Shown here: positions 14,350 to 27,650 of the stretch, in pieces
Position numbering within the stretch: the stretch's first letter is position 1
Layout: each line of letters starts with the position of its first letter
NCBI GenBank assembly: GCA_036172245.1
Contig: JAYWIR010000015.1
Location: 3,472,001 to 3,536,000, forward strand
Direction of reading: 5' to 3'
Origin: Raillietiella orientalis
Taxonomy: Eukaryota
DNA length: 64,000 nucleotides
The notes under the pieces: model-generated
The model's input: only the letters and a program-made list of their open reading frames with translations
What the model was told of the DNA's origin: nothing
The model's database searches: none
Made by a program: the position numbers and the translations under genes

Positions 14350-15490
14350 TAACGGGGCATTGAGTCTCTACCAAGATTCTCTTCATTGGAAAAGCAGAAA
14401 GAGAACTCACCACTCGTGAATTAGAAGCCACCGTATTGTCCAATGAGCCTCCTTCATAGAGTCTTTACCTCAGGAAGAGCAGCTCCCAGATCTTTAGGTC
14501 TAAAAAAGACACTATGGACGATGTACTGTAATTAAATCGTGGGGATGAAATGCAGCTTGATCGATTGTGTCATTATCTAGAAAAAGATCGTTCATGTGTA
14601 CAAGAACCACGATTTTAGATATTTGGAGAAAGCCTGGTGTCTTCATGATGTACGAAACTCGGAAAGACAACAGTTCTCAAAAAACTATTAAAGGAAAAAA
14701 GTTTCGACGGAATCCAGACTGAAAATTATGACTGGTTCCCTAAAAATTCTCGATGGAGAGTCTTTGAACGAAAAAATCTTGGGTCCAATAACATCAGCGT
14801 TTAGGAAGCTTTTAGTGTGGTGGCTGCGCAGAGCACCATCTATTTGATGGAAATTCCTCCTAAAGGCTGCAGAAACACTCAAAAGTACTTATCTCTTCAT
14901 GGACAGCAACAAACCAGCTTCGAGAGAATTTTTCGACGTTCCATTGGTTCGGAGATGCACCTTCTGCTACAGGGGAACCCTACAAGTTTTATCGACGGTT
15001 TTGTCCCATATCATGAGGCATCATCCACTTCCTTTTTTGCCTTCGTGCCCTTAACAAAAGTTTCCCCTCATCCGACTGATAGGACAGGACATGGGTCTGT
15101 AATCTCATCGATAGCGATCTCATCGGCTCTGAGAGGAGCGCTAGCATCCCGCCTTCACGCTGAGGAGAATTAGCCGGATGTGTCTCAAGAGCAGCATCCA
15201 ACATGATCGCGGTTGGCAGAAGTTTCTTACAGGTCCATCCTTTGGAAAGGCCTCGAACTTTGACATCAGGTGGGAACGGAGGATTTCTATTTCAACTATT
15301 GTGTGCTTTTGATTTTGACTTTCCAACTGACATTCCTGGGATGATCATGAGAACAAAGCCTTGAGCTCTATTGCTTTGAGCAGCGGTAGAAGCCCGAGAT
15401 ATTGCCATCCCGTGATTTTCCTGAGCAGGTCCCTTGATGGAGGACACGGATTGCCTTCACCAGCACTCCTCATACCTCATACGGATTTCC
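14350..15490 (+). mobile_element. Highly decayed LINE reverse transcriptase relic (L1/Tx1-like)
   Basis: Motif remnants in the expected order: EKSFDGI (14694-14714; cf. EKAFDRV), LLQGNPTS (14964-; cf. RQGCPLS) and LSRSLDGGHGLP (15421-15456; cf. L.LP...GGLGLP). Many stops. Confidence 0.4.
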
Positions 15491-16624
15491 GGTGAAAGAC
15501 GGAAACCTGATCTTTCCGTTCTTCTACTGTTCTACCTTTTCAGTTCTTCTACTGCTCCTTTCCAGGGGTACGTTCGCTTTTGGTAATGGCGACTACAACA
15601 GAAATGTCAGTTCTGATGTCTTGAAAGAAGAAGAAGATTCCCTATTTCTGCAATTTCCCTAGAAGCGATCTCCCTCAGGAAGACCTTTCTGGATTGCTCA
15701 CAAGAGTTGCCATCAGCGAAATTCTATAACATGGTAAGAGCTGTAAACCTCATCGAGTCCTCGTTTCTGGACAGCATCCTCTAGGAGGCTGGAAATGGAA
15801 TCGTGGGAAGCTGCTTCCTGACCATCAAAGCATTTTCCACTTTTTGGACCACACTCGGTCTTATTGGAATGCATTTCTTGAACTCTCAATAGCAAAAGCG
15901 GGTTCTCACTCGTCATTTCATCTCGCGAGGTCCCTACTCAAATCAACTCGTTACATGATTAGGAACCAACAGCTCTCTCCTCACGAGCCAGATCCGGGAT
16001 TAGTTTCTCATCTCCCACCAGTCCAAATTCCCAAGACAACCTCTCTCCTCGCGCAGCCAGGAGGAGTTCATCCTATGAGTCTCTTCGAGAGTTTCTGAGT
16101 ACAAAGAAGACATCTTATTACTTTATTTGAAAGAATTTTAGTGAAATGTCGTGGATCATGGTCTGATCCAAGCTTTCAGCTGGTAACTGATAGCTTCGTG
16201 ATCGAGTTGAGGAGCTCAATGTCCTCATATCCCGCTATCATGCACCCGTATGTTTTCTGTGCCCTTTCTTAGTGACTAGTTTCAGAACCTCTTTTAAGAT
16301 GGCGCGCCTGAGGAGTTTTTGCTTGATGATTCGCAGCACATCCTCATTCTGGATCGCCTCTCAAAGAGATGCATTAGGTGGCCTCGGAAGTATTCACCTC
16401 TGGAAGACTCGTTTTCCCGAGCACATCTCAAATTCCTTGATGCGGACTGATGACGTCAGAGGGCAGGCCTCATTGAGAGTACTACCAACGGGAAGCTCTC
16501 CGTGAGGCCAGAGACAGGAAAAGAACTGGGAAAAAGAAGATGGTAAGAAAATCGGAAATCGGACTTTGTAATTACGAAGAAGGCTTTGTCTTCGATTTTC
16601 CCCAAGTCCCACAAGGGGTAGGGT

Positions 16625-19330
16625 AAATTTATTTATCTTCTATAAACTACAATTCACTATTTTTAAACATTTTTATTTAGAAAAATTGTTTGGGGTTTCA
16701 TAAGTTTCTGTACTTCAGGGTGGGTTCCTTGGTGTTGTTGCCTGAGCGTCGTCCTCAGTCCTCTTCAGGATGTAACGGTACGTCCAGGCCTGGAGTCTTT
16801 CACAATCCCTGATGCCGATCTCCTTCTGGATTAATCCTTGTAGAATCTCCATCGGGGGTGCGGCTCTCCTGGCTTTCCTCATCTTCCACTACCGCACAAG
16901 TATGGCGGTGATGAAGAGAGCAATGGTTGTTCTCACCATCGGGTTGTAGCAGGGAACATTACCAGTTCCTTGAAACATCCCGGCAAGTATTTCCATCACC
17001 GAGGTGGTGGTCATTCCTATGATCCTTTTCAGGATCAACCAGTCTCGGAGCAATGTGGGGCACATCAGGACGTGTAGTCTCGTATCCGTGTCTCCACATG
17101 CCTGGCAGTCTTCATCTTCACGTTTTCCAGTAAAGTATTTCAATCTGGACCCGCTCAAGATTCCTCCATGATAGAACATCAGGGGGTTGTCCTAGGTGTC
17201 CGACGGAAGGTCACTCCTCCATAGAGTCTTGCCAATCGCTAACAGGTTGATCCTGTCACTCCCGTAGAGATCGGCGGCTTCCTGGAGGGCACTGATATCC
17301 TTATCATCTTCGGTTATTAGTTTTTGGAGGTTTTGCTTGTTCACCCTGGACCAGGCGAAGTCCCTGTGGTTTTCCCACACTTCGCGTGTCCTATGGGTGA
17401 ATCTTCCTAACATCATCTCTATATACTGAAGTACTCGAGAATGATGTAGGTATCCTCCACTTCTCCATTCCTGGATACGTTGTGTGGTAACTCTGAACCG
17501 CTGGTAGATCCAGCTACTTGTGTCCAGAGGCACTTGAAGCATCCAAGGGATCACCAGGATGGATTCTTCCTTCCAGAGCTCCCTGCTTTTCGGCACGATC
17601 TTCATCTTGTGCTTGCGCACCAGCCATTGCTTCCTCCTCCAGGTAGGGTCGATGTTGATCCATTCTCCTGCTCGGTCTAGCAGCGCAGTCATCAGGCCTT
17701 TCGAGTTGTTCAATAACAACGCGTAGGCCCTATGCGCCGCGTACGGCCAGTCATACCAGTGAGTAGCGATACCCAGGATCTGTCGCGTGGTCCATGATCA
17801 ATCATGGACCACGCGACATGATTGGTCCTGTGATCCATGATTTCCACGGAATGTACAAGCGACTTCATCCCGGAACCGCCCTCTTCCTTGGGACGACACA
17901 AGGGTTTTAATCTCACCCTGGAACGATCATTCCCCCAGAGGGTCTTCCTTTGCAGCTTTTCCACTTCTCTGGTAATGTCCTTGTTCAATCTGTGGAAGGC
18001 CGCTCCGAAGAGTATCTTTGGAAGGAGTACTCCATTCCAAAGATTGGCCTTCCTCTTCATGCCAAAGTCCAGTGAAGTGTACTTTGCTGCTTCTTTTGCC
18101 GTTTTCTCTAGGATTCCTGTCCACAATAGTTTCGACGCGGAGTCGTCACCAATGTGAACTCCTAGATATTTGGCGTGGTCCACTGTTCGGAATCCACTTC
18201 CCATGAGCATGGAGAGGTCCAGGATTCCGATAGGCAAGAGTTGGCTCTTCTGGGCATTGATTTTCATTTTCAAGCCCAATCCCATTTCCATTAGCTTGAT
18301 CACATTCAGGAACGCTTTCTGCTCTCGTTCCCCCTTAATAAAGAAAACGAGGTCATCCGCGTAGGCCAGGTGTGTGAGCTTCTGACCGTCAGTGGCAATT
18401 CCGTGCAGATGTCCGCTTCTCTCGATGAAAGAGGACAGTGCCTTCATGTAGATGACGAACAGCATTGGACTTGGTGAGTCGCCTTGGCGGACTCCCCCGT
18501 TCCATCCTTATAGCTGCCGTCTCTTCACCCTTAATCCCAATTCGGAAGTACTGCTTCCGGAGTATCATCCTCACGAAGTTCCTGAAGTATTCCGGAAGGC
18601 CCAGCTTTTCCAGAATCTTCAGCAGCATCCTATGATCGATAGTATCAAAGGGGACCACGCCGACTTCCCCTATAACATTTCGGAAGACGTACCGACTCTC
18701 GTACGGTTCGTAGTACCTTGAGAGTGAGCGATCTTGAGTGTTTAGCTCCTGGTACGCTTCCTGCCTCAGCCTCTTATCTCCGAACTGCATATTGCAGAAC
18801 AAATGGACCCTATGCTTCACACTGTCCCAGTCGGCGACTCTTGGGATAGTTACATCTCGCAGAATAGCCTCTATGACTTCCTGGTGACGGGGATGGCGGG
18901 CATGCAGATGAGCGCCGCCCTGGTAGCCTTGTTCTGCCGAGGATTTTCTGTTCGGAGGGAGAATCGCACCAACGGATGATCGGACAGCAAAGTCCGCATG
19001 TCACGCAATGCTTGTATGCGGTTTTCGATTTACGAACTGCGCAGGACATGGTCGACCGGCTTGTGGCTAGCTGTTCGCCACGGAAGTCCGAAATCGTCGG
19101 ACTTTGCCTTCTATCCATTCTGCTTGGATGGACATTCCGCTGCCCTCCGATGCCAAGCGTCGCTTCTTTCCCGAATTTGGTCTCCAAAAATGAAGCTCAA
19201 GCATTTGAGTTTCATGCTGTCTTTTTTGGCTTCTTCCGAGAGGTTCATTTTTATATTCTCGAGAAAAGATTTCCTCGGGGGGAGTGATAGAGTTCTTCGC
19301 ATCCTCCTCGCGAGGAGCTTTTGGAAACCT
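16625..19330 (-). mobile_element. L1/Tx1-type LINE of the same family as 3066-7000; 5'-truncated, internally deleted and frameshifted
   Basis: ORF 17710-18465 carries THLAYADDLVFF (YADD at 18352-18363), KINAQKSQL, KYLGV and KEEGGSG. FDTIDH is at ~18630-18648, and the knuckle CQACGDTDTRLHVLMC at 17060-17107. The endonuclease end (SDDFGLPW, LSDHPLV) is at ~18970-19105. Minus-strand AATAAA is at ~16628-16633. Peptides align with the + copy, e.g. NLWNGVLLPK.(L/V)FGAAF.RL.K. Confidence 0.92.
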
Positions 19331-22300
19331 GGAGATTCCGACAGGTGCAGAATCCACCACCTTTGATGAGGAACACATTTTTCCTCCCTCTAAACTTTCA
19401 TTGCCATTATTCTGATTTCTTTTTCACTACATTGCGTGATGAACATTTACAGAAGACTCTTGTTTTCGTGCTGAAGAATTTTCAAGCCACAACGAACTCA
19501 ATGCGTCACCAGCTTTTATGTGTGAAGCACAGGTTTCTCGGCTTTGGAAGCAAAGAAAACCCCCAACTTTTTATGTGAGAAATAGAAGGCAAGCTGGTGA
19601 GAAGCAGAGCCAGAGCCATGGACCATGTTGATGCAAGATGAACTCTTGAAGCGGTGACTTTTCTATATAAGAGTTTAAAGAATAAAAGTTAATGCTGCTT
19701 TGCGCATCTCGAACTGAATCATCAGTATGATCTCTGTTTAGTGTCTGTACTGAAGTCAAATGATTGCAAGGAGAACAGTAACCATGGTGTTTGTAACTCG
19801 AATAAAGGAAAGGATGTTGGCTGGTAAGTGTCGTGAAGTATGGTGGATGAAAGTGCATGGCAATTTTTCCGTCTCTAGGTGGGGGAAGGCTGTCACGGAT
19901 GGAGCCCCAGTGCTCGAACAAGGAGACCTCCAATGGTGCCCTCGCAAGCTGTTGTGGAAACCCCAAAAAACGTGAGGATGGTCTCTAGATGACGGTGCTT
20001 TCCATCTCAGGCGAATCCCAAGCTGAGGTGGAACGAAGTGCGTGGCAGCAAAGAGAAACACTGCAAGTGAAAAATGAAATTCTGGCGCGTAGAAAGGTTG
20101 GGTTTCACATCGATTGCCTCCTGAATAAGGAATAATGGAATGGGAATATTGTAAAAGTGTCAGTATCACTGATTTAATGACTCCACCAAGGTGCAAACGA
20201 CGCAGCAAAAGTAGAGCGAGAAAGAAAAGTGACTCGAAGGTCTCGTGCACCGCCGCTGTAGAGCAGGGGCTGTTTTCATTGCCATCCTGCATGTTTAGCA
20301 AGTGGCAAGGGGGCTATCAGCCAAGGACACAAGTTTACGGACTGCAGGTGATAAATCTTCCGAGAAGGGAGCTTTTCAGCGCGTTTTTAGACATCAGCGA
20401 GGAATTCTTCTTGTGAGCAGAGAAGAATTCTGATTTTTTTGCACATGAAAGAAAAGGAGAATGTACCTACAGGAATTTCATTGCAAGTACGCACCAAACT
20501 AGGAAACTCCAGGAAAAAGCACAGGATGTTGGTGCTGAGCTGCTCTGTTAGAATAATACCAGCTCCATTAAATGGAGTAATGGATGAGAAGACATGCATC
20601 AAGCTCCGGTGCTCCCCATGATGGTTAAAATCCTGCTGGGCCTCCTGAAGATTTGATCTCTTTTTTTTGTTTTGACTACAAAGGGAACTCGGAACAGCTT
20701 CATCTTCTTAGATAGGATTTGCTTTAGGGTTCTTCCAAACAGTCTTCGAAAATAAGAATATTTCGCAAATATCGCATTCCAGAAAGATACTGCTTTATTT
20801 TACCCAATCTCGGTTGGGCTCTCGATATACACACACTGAGTTTAAGGATCTCCAAAGTTTGAGGAACGGCCAAGTCAGCTTCATATGAGCACCGATATTT
20901 TTCTGAAACTGTGCTCCTTATTCATTCTAATGCACATCTATGATTAGCAGAGAATTCTTTCTAGAAGGGATGATAGATCTCCCCCACCGTAGTCTAGTTG
21001 CAGATACTGAAAGCTTCTCGTGTTTGCCCTTGCATCCATATTGGTCAAACGGGAAAAAAATAATAATAATAATTTCCCCTTTGAAACTCCTTAGGAATAC
21101 TTTGATCCCCAAAACTTGATCTTTGATACCTCCTGAGAAACTGCCAGAGCACACTGACCCTTCTCACCCTATAAGAACGACTTCCACTGCTCCAGTTCAA
21201 CTTTGCTTTTTGTAAGGCATATATCTGAAATAGCCGACATTTCAGCAATCGTTTTCTGGTTTATCGAACAGCCATTTCCCACAATCCATTTCACATCAGT
21301 AAAAGAACCTCCATGGCTGCTGCATGAACCCAAACAAAAGGGCAAACGAAATGAAAAACATGCAAATATGTAATCCAATATATTGGAAATTTCCACCAAA
21401 AGGTTCACGGCCTGCTTGGAACTGTTCCTGAAACCTGATTTTTTTTTAGACGGAGGTGTTTCAACCTCTGAAGAGAAGCACATCGAGTCAGACAGCACGT
21501 GCCACTACCGCCCTGTTATCGCATCAAAAGGCAGGGCACGGTGTCAAACACATTACCCAATCTCAGCCTGCAATCCAGTTTCAAGAGCACAGGGAAGAAT
21601 CGCCCATGTCTTTGCAGTTCCATAACCCAAAAACGTCCTTTCGAAACCGGTTATGGTAGGCGGACCCTAGGATGGTCAATATCCAAAGTGTCACGCGTAC
21701 ATAATTTAGAGTAAGAAGACATAGAATTATAGCACGAATAGATTTCCTGTCATGTACACATAAAATGTGAATTTTTTTTTTGGCTCTGAAAAGCAAGGAA
21801 AGTACGAATTCTCTCCTTCATCCTTTCATCATACACAGGAAAATGATGCAATTTTCTAATTACTCTACAGCGATGCATTTTCTTGTGCACGAATCTTTTT
21901 CTCAGATCATGGATACCCATCTGTGCTGATTTTCCCTTCAGAGGTTACATTGTGTGACTTTTAAAGGAGGAAAGGGATTAATTCTTCAAAAACCTTGATT
22001 TTCTGCTTCTTCAAAGTATCGATTACAAATGTCTTTTATTCTCGGACTGTGGTCATGCTTTCTAATGGCTTTCTTAGTCACAGCTCTTCTTGACCTTTTG
22101 TTTCGAATAAAAAAAAAAAACTGCCCTTTCGCACCCTTCATTGCGATTCTTTCATGCCTTCATCTTGTACAGATAATGTAATCCAACCTTCTTCAAGCAC
22201 GGAAACGGCAATTTTCATTGCTGCTTTCGGAGTACACATAACGACGATCTGCATGATAATCAACTGTAAAGAATCTTTTAAATACTGGAATTGCACTGAA

Positions 22301-25269
22301 GACATAATGAGGGAACAATCAAACAAGCGTTATAAGGAACCTTAAGAAGCACAAAGTTTTCTTTGATAGATCGGATTGGTTTCCAATTTTCTCTCGTTTG
22401 GGGAGGGGGGGGGCAGATTACTTTTTATGACTAGAATAAAGTGTGATTCTTCTATCGTAAAGATTAGATACTCAGTGTTTTTCCAGGTCCTCAGAGTGAA
22501 AAAGCAGAAAGCAATGAGCAGTTACTCCACTCCAAGAAAATTCTACCTGCTAGAAAATTCTGGCAGCACGTTACCCAGAAAGCACTGATCAGCTTCATCA
22601 TGAATGCATCTGTTATATCCCTTATGCTCCTTATAGCTTCTTGGATCCAGTGCTTAGTTGGGGATGAAGTTCAGTCATCTGCATCGAATGATGAGATTTC
22701 CCAATAAATTACAGAAACGCAGCACTACTGCATTCGTCTCCACATTTTGGCATGGAATAATCACAATTTTGCACCCTGGCTTGGAAGATAACCTTAAAGT
22801 CGTCGTTTCCAGGCATCGGATACCTCAGCGTTGTTCGAGATGCTAGCCCTGACTTCTGTGCAGCTGAATTGAAATTTTTTCCTAATGAGAGGAGAATGAG
22901 TGGGAATGAGAAGAGCATTCACCGCAGCTGAAACTGCGTGTGCATCGTGCTGTTGCCAAGTTACTCACTTCCGCCATCCGCTTTCGTCAAAAAGTCTCCC
23001 GGATAAAGAGGATGCAAGAGTAGAGAATTTTCACCACGAAACTTCGAGAAGGTCACTGTCTGAATGTGGTCCGTATCGCACGGCAAGAAGGCTTCTCTCA
23101 GATGAAAGAGCCTCCGATGGAGTTTCCTGAGATCCGTAAGAAGCTGTCTCTGCAAAATCTGCCCATTTAGAGCTGAAAGCCATCAGCGGACAATGACAGG
23201 CATTTGTGGACAACTCTCCGCGAACATCGTGGAAAGCTCTCATCCAAAGTATGCGATAAGTCGCGAATGAGGGAGAACCCAAGATTTAAAAAATTGAACC
23301 ACCAGCACTCAAGTGAATTCACATGCGAGCTCCCGAGTTCAGTGAATTCAGCTGGTCCACCATGAAACTCTGTGTGGCATTCAAAGTCCACTTCGTAGTT
23401 CCATACCATCAAGAAACAAAATTAAGAAGGAATGGAATACCGTGAACACGGACCCGTGGATGTTCGAGCAGAAGACAAAGCGCAGTTACTAACTCGGGGA
23501 AGGTTCCATAATCCCTTCTTTAGTATGCACTTTTATCCATTGATTCAACAGGATCAAAGGACACACCAAAAAGTTCTAAACTTGTCAGTGCGGCCTTGGC
23601 CCTACAAAGTGCTGTGCTTGTTTCTTGCACACACCAATTCGTGTTAGTTATTTTTAGACTATTTACAACCTGAAAGCACCAGAAAAAACGAGCAAAAACT
23701 GTTTTGAGACAAAATGAGCAGCTCCGAGAATGCATCACAAATGAGTGATGGCAGACTCTCTTGAACCACAGTTCCAGAGCACATTTCGACTCTCCTTGTA
23801 TCTTATCTGAGTCAATTTCTTGAATAGGGACTGACAAATCGTCCGATCAATCATAGAACTGTAGGACCTTTCATCATCCAAGTTGGAAAGTAGAGGGAAG
23901 CTGACACCCTTCGCCTTTAGAAAAACAAACTACTTCCCCCTCACTCTAAGGGAAGTCCTACGAATCAGCTGGCAAGGAAACGAGAGATCTCACTCACATG
24001 CCTGCTGAAGGACCCTAAACACATGGAGGTAGCTCAGAATTCTTGCGACAGAAATCTCACTCCTTCCATTGCTTAATGATTAAAGCAACAAAAAAAATCT
24101 TTTCACACCTGTACACAGGTCCCCAGCCTTTTATGATTATCCAAAATCCACAACAGGGTCATCCATGCATAAAATGATATATTACAAAGTATGGGAAAGT
24201 GTTGATAAGAGAATCATCAATCTTGAAAGTGGGATTACGATTTCAGGACTCACATGTGCAAATAAAGTACAGGATGTAGGATGATTATTTATTTTTATTT
24301 TTTTAATGATCTGAAGTCTCATTTTTCTTCTTTATTAAAATCAGCTGATACCATTAAGAATGAAAAATTAATTGATCTACTCATACCAATCCAAAGAATA
24401 ATTCTCACAGACCTTACTAATCCACTCCAGCAAAGGAATAGCTATGTCATCCTTCACATGAGAGGACGGCAGCATTCACCGGAGTTCTATATTGCTAACA
24501 TTATTAACAAGCACCAAAATGACCCGAGATGACTCCCAGAATTGGTGACAGTCCCTCCCCTACTCTTCCCGCACCCACACGAACTTTCCCGCTCACCTCC
24601 AGATAGACTGAAATTAACCATGCAACATGCACCATGGCATTAATTTCAACTAAGGTGAGAACACCACCAAGTGCTGCTAAGGCCGCCGATTCTGGTCTCA
24701 TCATGGGTGTCAACAGATGAAGGCTATCTCCAAGAAATCTCCGATCCTTCAGAAATGATTGCCATCACTACCGATTCCGCGATTCCACCTCAGGAAACAA
24801 ACCGTGTTGTTGCATGAGCACCGGAAACTTGAAATGATGCTTGCTTGAAGTGATCATAAAACGTTTGCATAAAACTGATCTTTTTTTTTTTATTTGCAAA
24901 GTGATTTTAGGCAGCAACACGTTCGTTAGATGCCTCTTAATGGTATGCAGAGAAGTTGATGTCTTAATAAGTGTGATCACTGTTTCATTGCGGCTATGCA
25001 TTCGAGTCAGCTTCTTTGCTACTTTCGTTTTTCCTTCCTGAACAAAAAAAAAAACAAAGTCTTTCCGTTTTTCATTTCTTTCTTCGAACAGTAGACTCAA
25101 ATTATCTCGTTCTGCCACTATGATATTTGATTTCGCATTGACTTCCTTCCGGTCATTTCGTCTTACATGAGATGACCCATTTACATGGAACTCAATTGAG
25201 ATTCATGCCCCCTCTCTACCGTAGTTTTCCGTGAATGCAGCTTTCGGTTCCAACTTGTCATCAACTCTA

Positions 25270-25391
25270 TTCTATTTGCATCAGACAGATAGATGGTCAA
25301 GAACATCAAAGTGCAAAAGCCTTTGAAATTCTACTGTCATTGAATCTCCTATTTAGATTCTCTCAATTCATATATGCGTGAATGGGAAGTG
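25270..25391 (+). repeat. Left copy of a ~122-bp direct repeat flanking the composite retroelement
   Basis: TTCTATTTGCATCAGACAG...AATGGGAAGTG aligns with 27651-27775. By hand count there are about 13 substitutions and one 3-nt indel. Confidence 0.9.
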
Positions 25392-25412
25392 GAAATCCGT
25401 CCTTCTTCGCTT

Positions 25413-25970
25413 TCAGCTTCTTTTGGGGGGGGTTCGCTGAGTACTTCAAGAACCAGCGTCCCACCCAGCTCTTTGAGACTGTTCTCCACCCCACCCGAGG
25501 GTACGTGCTTTAATTTTGCAAGATACCGGGAGGGGCCGCCTCTCAAGCCTGGGGAGGCATCCCCGAAGGGAACCTCCCAACCCTGGTTGTCTCCGAAGGG
25601 AACCCGGAAGAGAATCCTTCCCTTCTTTACTCTCTCCGGACGGACCCCGAAGGAGTCCGTTCCATGTTTTCTTCTCAGAAGGGAACCCGCAAGGGAACCA
25701 CTCCTGTTTACTCCTCTGAAGAGAACGCTTCCGAAATTCAGAAGGGCTCTCTCCCGGAAGAAAGCAGCACTCTTCTCTGGAACTCTAGAGATGTGGAGAC
25801 GCACCTACTCTACGGAGCGTTCTCCCCAAAAGGGAGTCCTCTCCTATTCACAACCGGAGGGGAACTTCCACTCCTTGATTCCTGGAAGGGACCCAAAGGT
25901 CGACTGCCGTTGTGGGACCTCGTCGGGGGCATACAGTTTGAACCACTACTGGGCGCCGCCACGGAAATGA
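25413..25970 (-). mobile_element. Truncated copy of the GC-rich SINE-like module (headless), fused to the Utopia-like fragment
   Basis: Colinear similarity to 34713-35452: CTGAGTAC.TCAAG, CCCTGGTTGTCTCCGAAGGGAA, CAAGGGAACC.CTCCTGTT.ACTCC.CTGAAGAGAAC and TTGATTCCTGGAAG..CC.AAGGTCGACT. Strand is inferred from the tRNA-like head of the other copy. Confidence 0.75.
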
Positions 25971-27650
25971 TGACGCATTTCCAGAAATTATTCGACCAAG
26001 CCGACCTACCCATCAACCTGGCAAATGTGCCTCGGTATTTTACAGCAGCCCGAACCTCCAAAGGCATAAGGGATGTGGACATCCGGGTTAAGGAAGGAAA
26101 AATCCCTTGTATTGCCTTATCACAGGCATACAAATACTTGGGAAAACCCTTCGGTATGAAGGTCTTCAACATACAACCGAGTAAGGAAGACATCTCTGCC
26201 AGAAAGGGAGTATCATACTTGAGAGTGAACTCTCAGGATGGCAGAAAATGGACGCAATGAAAACCTTCTTCTATCCCCGCCTAGTTCACTACGGGAGGCT
26301 GGGAACTCACCGGAAGGACGAATGGCAGTATGTCGACGAGCAAGTAAGGAAGAAGTTATAGAAGGCCCTTCACCTACCATCCTGGGCAGCTAACGAGTAT
26401 CTGTACGGAGAGAGAACGAAAGGCTGCCTAGGACTAATGAAGCTAGTTCAAGAGTCCGATGCCTTCATCGTGGACAGCTGCTTCAAACTGCTTACGTCGG
26501 CAGACAAAGCAGTAAGTAAACTAGCGAAAACAACCCTGGATGAAATCTTCCAAAAAAGCATCAAGAAGCCCCGACAGATGATAATCTCGGAGAATTCATG
26601 AAGGGGAAGAAGATCACAAAGCCCGGATGGGATATTGAGAGCCTCTGGTCGAAAGGAAAGAAGGTCTCTAGAAGAATGAAAGCCCGCTGGGAGTTTCGGC
26701 AAGGAGAACCCAGAATCACGGTGGATGGAATACTCTTCACCAGCAGTGCAAGAAGACGGCTCGCCTCCGGCGTAAGAGCATTTCAGCGAGAACACGCATG
26801 GCAATCCCTCATTGAAAACCACGTTAGTCAAGGGAAGGCCATGCAGTGTGTGGGCATGCATCACTCTTTAAGCTTCTTCCATACAAACGGAATCCACCTA
26901 AGATACCAAGACCACAGGTTCATCCATGCGGCAAGACTGAACCTTCTGCCACTAAACGTCGGACCAACGAAGAAGGTTCATGAAGGGATTTGTCGGCGTT
27001 GCGGAACCGAAGATGAGACTTTATCACACGTGCTCAACAGATGTAAAAAGCACGCGCCTCTGACGATGCAGCGCCATGATGCTATCCTGGAAATTATCAA
27101 GAAGGCCGCAATGGATGAAGCCAAATGGACTCTGGTATCAAGCAATCGCAGAGTGCCAGGAACCACCTCCATCCTAAAACCAGACCTGGTTTTAGAAAAA
27201 AGCGGCCGAGTAGGTGTGCTGGACATCTCCTGCCCATTTGAAAAGGGAAAGGAGGCGTTCACCATATCTAGGAAAATAAAGGAAGCCAGAGATACCAGGA
27301 TGTCTCCATGCAACTCGGAAACACTGGGAAAATAACGAAAGTGCAGGTGATCCTTGTCGGCCCACTTGGAGCATGGGATTCTGAAAACGACAACGTTCTG
27401 CAATACCTAGGAATCCCGAAGAAGCTGATAAGGCTACGGCAGCGGATGATAGCCACCTGCATCCGCTTCTCAAGCAGCATTTATGCAACGCATGTAAGAA
27501 GAAAAAATGCAGCCCAACCAGATGACCTGGACAATGCTCTCACCCCGGAAGAGAGCACCGAGGAACCGTGAAGAACACGGAGGAAAGAACATTCGCGAAA
27601 GATTCTCCAGAGCCATTCCAGAAACAGTAATCCAAAATGCTAAATAAAAC
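25971..27650 (+). mobile_element. 5'-truncated Utopia/NeSL-like non-LTR retrotransposon (RT C-terminus, CCHC, restriction-like PD-(D/E)xK endonuclease); frameshifted
   Basis: Motifs YKYLGKP, WQKMDAMKTFFYP, LHLPSWAANEYLYG and ESDAFIVDSCFKLLTS. Also QGK..C, RFIHAARLNLLPLN, CRRCGTEDETLSHVLNRC, RHDAI, LKPDLVL, LDISCPFE and VGPLGAWDSEND. Stop at 27569-27571 and AATAAA at 27643-27648. This motif set is characteristic of the Utopia/NeSL group. Confidence 0.9.

Noticed and set aside
19870..19975. VTDGAP resembling a hAT transposase motif
   Set aside because: An isolated hexapeptide with no other hAT motifs or TIRs.
20900..21300. Possible CR1-like RT relic on the minus strand (SGGIKDQVLG, cf. SGVPQGSVLG); similar hints at ~13.5-13.8, 27.9-28.1 and 43.7 kb
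   Set aside because: Too degenerate to support by eye; these need an HMM search.
24609..24648. Imperfect hairpin TGAAATTAA-CCATG...CATGG-CA-TTAATTTCA
   Set aside because: Short, AT-rich and bulged; compatible with chance.
25664..26260. 198-aa ORF reading across the module/Utopia junction as a novel fusion protein
   Set aside because: It has a non-ATG start, appears to cross a frameshifted RT region and is not conserved in the 34.7-kb copy; likely fortuitous.
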